64,000 bases of DNA from Fimbriosthenelais zetlandica (taxonomy: Eukaryota). Positions within the stretch are counted from its first letter, which is position 1. Every line of letters begins with the position of its first letter. Shown here piece by piece: positions 53,301 through 59,300 of this stretch. The DNA is taken from positions 6,138,001-6,202,000 of the forward strand of contig OZ365111.1 of NCBI GenBank assembly GCA_977030845.1, read 5' to 3'. The notes beneath the pieces were generated by a model. The model was not told where the DNA came from, searched no databases, and saw only the letters and a list, made by a program, of their open reading frames with translations. The position numbers and the translations under genes were made by a program.

Positions 53301-56300
53301 TCAGTCGGAATACCTTTGACTATAGGGTAAGCTGATGCATGCCTGCAATTTGCAGATTAAATTATTTTATGCATGTATTGTAAAAACTGGTAATGCCCAA
53401 GAAAGCTCGGCCCAAATCGTAAAAAAAAGCAAGGTTTGTAATTTTAAATACAATTTTTCACGTAGTTGTTTCTTTTAATTTCTGCATGGGTTTATTCATC
53501 AATGTAGTATACAGCACCTTTTCGTTTAGTTTAAAGTGCAGTATTATCGTGCATGATTCTTTAATTTAAGCTATTTGCACTATAAATATAAATGTTAATC
53601 GAATGTTTCTGAAGTACACATTTTTATTAGCATTTATGGTATATCTTTGCATGTTTGTTAACTTTTGTTTTTACTGTTATTCTTGATTGTTGAATGTGAG
53701 TTTGTCTGTGTATGAGATTTAATCTTATAAGTCATCGCCATAAAAACCTTTCAAATTTTAAGATTTTCATATCTGATATTAAGTTTGATATTAAGACTAG
53801 TGTCTATGGACTGAAAAAAAAGTAATTTTTGACGCCTTCTATAAGACAAGTTATTTTAGATCTTTTTGCGTACCATTGAAATAGAGTGTGAATGGCTGAC
53901 AACTATGCAACTTCAAAATCTCATCCAAAGTACTTTTGAAATTCGTTATCTAAAATGAAGTCATTTATAAATCTTCCTGCATATTTTGGACTTAATTACA
54001 ATTTCTGTTCAATTTTGAAACGAAAGCATGTGTTCGTAATTTTCAAAATTAACGAGAGAAAAGTTTTATAACTCATTATGCTTCCAATCGTCACAAATTT
54101 ATTGTATTTAAGTTTTCCTTTAATTAACCCATCCTATATTAGTTGTCTAGTAGTGCCTATTAGCAGTAGTTCTAACCTCGGTGGTGGCGTCCACTTGCAT
54201 TGTTAGTAGCGTTCCCTAGTTGCACTTAATTTTCATCAGACTGCTTCATTCACGAGTGAACATAATCATGGTAAGTGAAGATTAGACTCTTAAACTCTTT
54301 GCCAACTTGTGAACGGATGTCCCCACGGCATCACTCGAAGAAGTTATCATGCATGAGCCAGCGCTCTTTGCCATCTCTCCAAAACTCAGCAATGGAGTTG
54401 TCATGGAACTCTATCAAGACTGTCCTCCTTAAATTCCATGCGTTATGGAGTGCAGTTTGTTTTGGAGAGTGCAAAGGAGTGCAATCATGATCACTATGAA
54501 TGTGATGCCCTGGGCTAGAAACCCCCTGGAGTTTATAACTGTTTTACCAAAGAACACATGATGGCACAGGGTATACTGAAACCCAACCAAACCCACTATA
54601 GTTAGGACTAGACCAAGTGTGAGGAGTGGCGAGAGTGGAAAGTTTGTATAGAAAGTATTAGAGCCAAGTAGTTGAAGCTACAAGTAAGGTTCTTATTATT
54701 ATGATGGTCAGAAGAAGGTCCTACTCCTATGGATATTGATGAGGTACCGTCTGATACTGGGAGGAAGTTCCATGAACCAGACGTACCCGATATCCCGCCT
54801 GAACCTGTGGAGCATATACCACCTCCAGCGATATTACCCGCTACACCACGAACCACAGCGCCACCACCCACTGCCACTACAACTGCCTCTTCTTCTAGCA
54901 AACCCTCCACGGTTAAAGGTGAATACTAACAAAGAAATTAACCAGACGCGATATCGGTCATTCCATCTCAGCCTACTGTTTGCCCACTTAACAAAGCAAG
55001 GGCAAGCGGTATACCTCGAAAATGGTCATTCATTGCAGGGTTCCTAGCCACTCAGGAAATCAGGGAAAAACTGGAGTTTCACATTTACCGGACAGGGAAA
55101 ACTCGGGGAATTTGAGAAAAAAAATGCAAAAATCGGGGTATTTCAACACTGATTTAGAAGGATAATCTTTCGGAGGTTGACGCGTGCCCGCCACTGAAGT
55201 TCAGAGTGCTTCATATGACTACAATATCTGGGAACCCTGCATTGGAAAATGGTCTGTGATGCATGTGGTGGTTGGAAAAAATGCCCTTTGAATCTAGTAG
55301 CCATTGAAAAATGGTCTCTTGATTGAAATAAGTGATCATTGAATGGTGGTCTCTGAAATAAGTGACCATTGAAATAAGGCCTCAATGTGTGGCTGTTTGA
55401 CCACGTCTCTGGACACCCTCCTGAAGTTCCAAATCAAATAAATTGCTGATATGTTTGGCACTAAAAACTATGTTCATATCTATGGCAATTCATTGTATGC
55501 CAAGATGCTTGGCAATTCATTGTATGCTGAGATGGAATGAGCCTGCAAGTGGGATGACTGCAACCGACAGAGAAGGGTATACATCCTGTGTTATGGACTT
55601 TTCTTTTAACATTGCATGCATCTTTCTTTTCTCTGTGATACACTATTCATTTAACTGTTCTCTTATTTGGTATTGTATCTTCTTTTTTCCAATGTCTGTA
55701 TCCTGGTAATCAATATTCATAAAATCCTGGTACTTAAATACGTACGTCCTGACTAGTAGACCTTGGCAAGCAATTTCAGACTGGCTGCCTGTCGACAATA
55801 TTCATTTTCCATCCATTTTCCAACTATATTTTCCATGAATACACCGAAATTCAAAATTGTATTCGCAGAAATATCTCTAAATTCCTGGGGCGTTGCTTGC
55901 TGGGGAAAACTGCCTTTTGACTAAGGTTATCTATCTATAATCAAGCATGACGGTAGCTTTAGACATTTTTAACTGTGCCCAGAAAATGGAACAGTTAATT
56001 CATATTATATATCTCTGTCTCTGCGTATGTTCGACATTAGACATCAATTCCATCGTGTTTTAGACATTTCCCCATTTGTCGATGACTTTGTCCGAGTCTT
56101 TGATGTTTGGCTTTACCTTTAGAAATTATTTTTACTTGTAGAAATTACCAGAGATTTTTCATCTTATTCATATATTATATGGATGATAGTCATATTGTCC
56201 TCGTCCAAGAGTCATCTTTATGTTCCGTATTTGATCTAAATTTCACTGTTGGTTTATCAACGTGCGTAGTTGAACAGTGTATGACATTGGATAAAGAAAA

Positions 56301-59300
56301 AATCTCACTCTCTTAGTAGCGCCTCAAATAATATGAATCTCGCATACTAATCCATTGAACTTATGTTACTCAAACAAGTGGCCATAAGCATGATGATGTT
56401 ATGCCTTGCAACCTTAAACTATTCTAATATTTTATTTGTGACTGACTGATAAAAACTAAGAACAAACCCAGGACTAAAAAAAAGTACTACTATTAGACCA
56501 GGATCAGCACTGCTGAGTTTTCTGTTTGTATAGTTAAAGTCTTAGTTATTCACTCCTTCTGATTGATACGTTTGATTCTCTTTGTGTGTTTGCACTCTGG
56601 TTTGGGGGTGGGACCCTGCGAGCAGTATTTCCGCGGAAAATGCCAAAATCTGATTCCGCTCTAGGTGCTCTGGGTCCCCGATATCGTACCCTAACCTAAC
56701 CCAAAACCCCACACCATTGGGACTCGGAGCACTTGGGGCTGTCCTTATATATTGGGATTGGGTCATTTTATTGTATTATTGTGCATTCCCACTCCGACCT
56801 CCCATGTGCTCGCGGGGCTGCCCACTTGCCAAGGGCAGAGTGCTTTGTGTGTTAAGTTGCGATGATGCCCTTTCTCACTTCACCAGTGGAACGTCCCCGC
56901 ACCCAAGAGACGCCCCGAAAAGCCCAGGCAGAACGCCGCTCAGAACCGAGCACCTCCAAGAGTAAGTAACTCTGCTGGGAAGCAGAAAAAGAACAGCCAC
57001 ATAAGGGAAAGGAGACTCTCAGCACAAAACTCCTTCCATAGCTTTGCTGGGCTTTACGCTGAACTCTTATGTGGTCTAGGGAGGCTCACCAATGATAGGA
57101 AACAAAAAGAAAAAAATCTTAAATCCCCAATCAGTGATTCTTACTACCTATCAATGCTTACTTTCCACGCCTTTTTCATTATTGAATTTATGCTTTTCCA
57201 AGATTACTCACCTTATTTATCAATACGATCTGTATTAAGTTAAATGTTCATTTCAGAATTATGCTATCAATCAGTAACATATATATAAGTTTCCTGAGTA
57301 AATTATTCTAAAATTTGTTATGTACTCAAACATTTATTCATAAAGATTTAAGAACACGACAAAAGTGACTAGATGCACATTAATCATTTTCACAGTGATC
57401 ACCTTGTACACTTTTCAATTCCATTATTAAGTCATTTCTGATAAAAAAAAAATCCCTCATTCCCAAACAATCAACGAGTCACACACACACACTGATATGT
57501 TCAAACTCCATTTAAATTTTCCATTTGACATTATATTATATCTGCATGTTCTGTGTACATATATAGTTTATTTTCATCTTTGCATGGTATAATATTTTTT
57601 TCCTCGACTTCAACCCATGAATGTAGGTGGTCAGAATTGACCCCCCACTCATTTTCTCTCTTTTTCCCCTTCCTGCATGCTCGCTACTAATAGAAATAAA
57701 ACCCCAAACTGGTGGAAGGGTTCCACACAAGGAGGTGTCGGACGATTATGAAAATAATATCGATTGTTTTAATCACCTTTCTGTGTTTAATGTGAGGTTT
57801 GTTTTGTTCTTTTCTCTTGCGTTTGGCAGAAGAGAAACGCTCCAAATCTCCCTTCAAGCGCAGGGCGCGCTCAATGGAACGTGAAGACATAAAACCTGTA
57901 GCCTTGCCCCCAGGTAAAACTCTGCATGGCCTTTGGTGGTCAGTCTGTGCCTTAGGCACAGAGACAGAGTGAGCACTTCGCACTGTTACCTAGAGTGGCA
58001 CCGGCGCTCTCAATATACCTATATACAGCTCTATATATATCACCAGCTCTTCGTTCTAGCCCGGGAATTTTGCATTTTAAAGAAACATCACAATCAATGA
58101 TAGAACATCACAAGTGTGGGATATCCAGTGAAAAATGCCATAACACAAATGTGGTTTATTAAAAACTTCCATAACAAGTCTTGACCATAAGTGTTATAGC
58201 GTATTCCACAAGATTGTCACGTGCGAGTGATATTCTATATTTATAACACAGTGCAGTATACTTCACTCATGTGGCAGAAACCCATGTGTGGGATATGAGG
58301 AAAATATATTATAAGTACATATTTTGCTCGAAATATGAGACCGATACTGACTGTGGAATAAATACTCATGTGTTTTTCACATATATATGGTACATACTTG
58401 ATGTACGTGAAACATGTTTACACGGTGGCAGCGATCTTGGTTGATGGGCTTTGCATATCGCATGGCCAGAAATGTTAATATTTATTTTGAAGACCAAAAA
58501 GCATTTTAGATATTTTAAAGTTATAAAATAAATCATGATTCAGGAGATTATTCTAATGGTTTATCTTTCTGGATCATGCACGGGGTTGACTTGGGACTTA
58601 TGTTCATGTTACTCAGTTTTAGTTATTCATTTGAATCTTGGGTTGATTTTACCCATTTCGCGACGGTCTTTCTCAGTGCGAAAAGGTTAAAGTTTATTAC
58701 AAATTGGGAACTATGGAAAGATGGAGACTGAGCAACATGGACATGTCGGTCTGGGTTGTGATACTGACAAGTAAGGCTGTCTCTGCCTCTGTCACTTCAC
58801 TGGGGATATGGCTAACAATGGATCCAATGTTCTGGAAATATCACCTGTCAACTGTTGGACATTCTCTGCATGAACCCTCGTAACGCACACCTCTCGTAAA
58901 GTAAACATCAATCGCACATTGCTAGTTAGAAAACCATATGGTACCCCTAGGTTTACCAGAGATTTGTACTGTTGAGTAGATCAATAAAGGTACTGTAGAG
59001 GAATAAAATAGTGAAATGATAATGATAAAAAAAAGTCTAAACTTCTAGTTGTTGAGGTTGCCATATGGTATTTAGTGAGCTGTATTCAGCTAGTTATCTA
59101 GACCTGTGGAGATGTGCAATAGGGAGGGTTCATATTTGTCTTGGTCTTCTGGCAATCTTGGTTTGGCGGAAAACTTTATTTTATCTGGGTTAATATTGGC
59201 ATCTTTGTCTTTCCTTGCTCGGGGCTTCATCCCTTCTAAATGCTATGATCACATTTTGATCGCTCATTTGGAAATAAATGATTTTTGATTTGACATTGTT

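Noticed and set aside
54313-54432. Coding-looking stretch [16 protein letters not shown]...DCPP*
   Set aside because: Preceded directly by an in-frame stop, with no usable acceptor in the right phase.
57694-57711. Possible 18-nt phase-1 microexon (IKPQT)
   Set aside because: Good pyrimidine tract but a poor donor (gtggaa); insufficient support.
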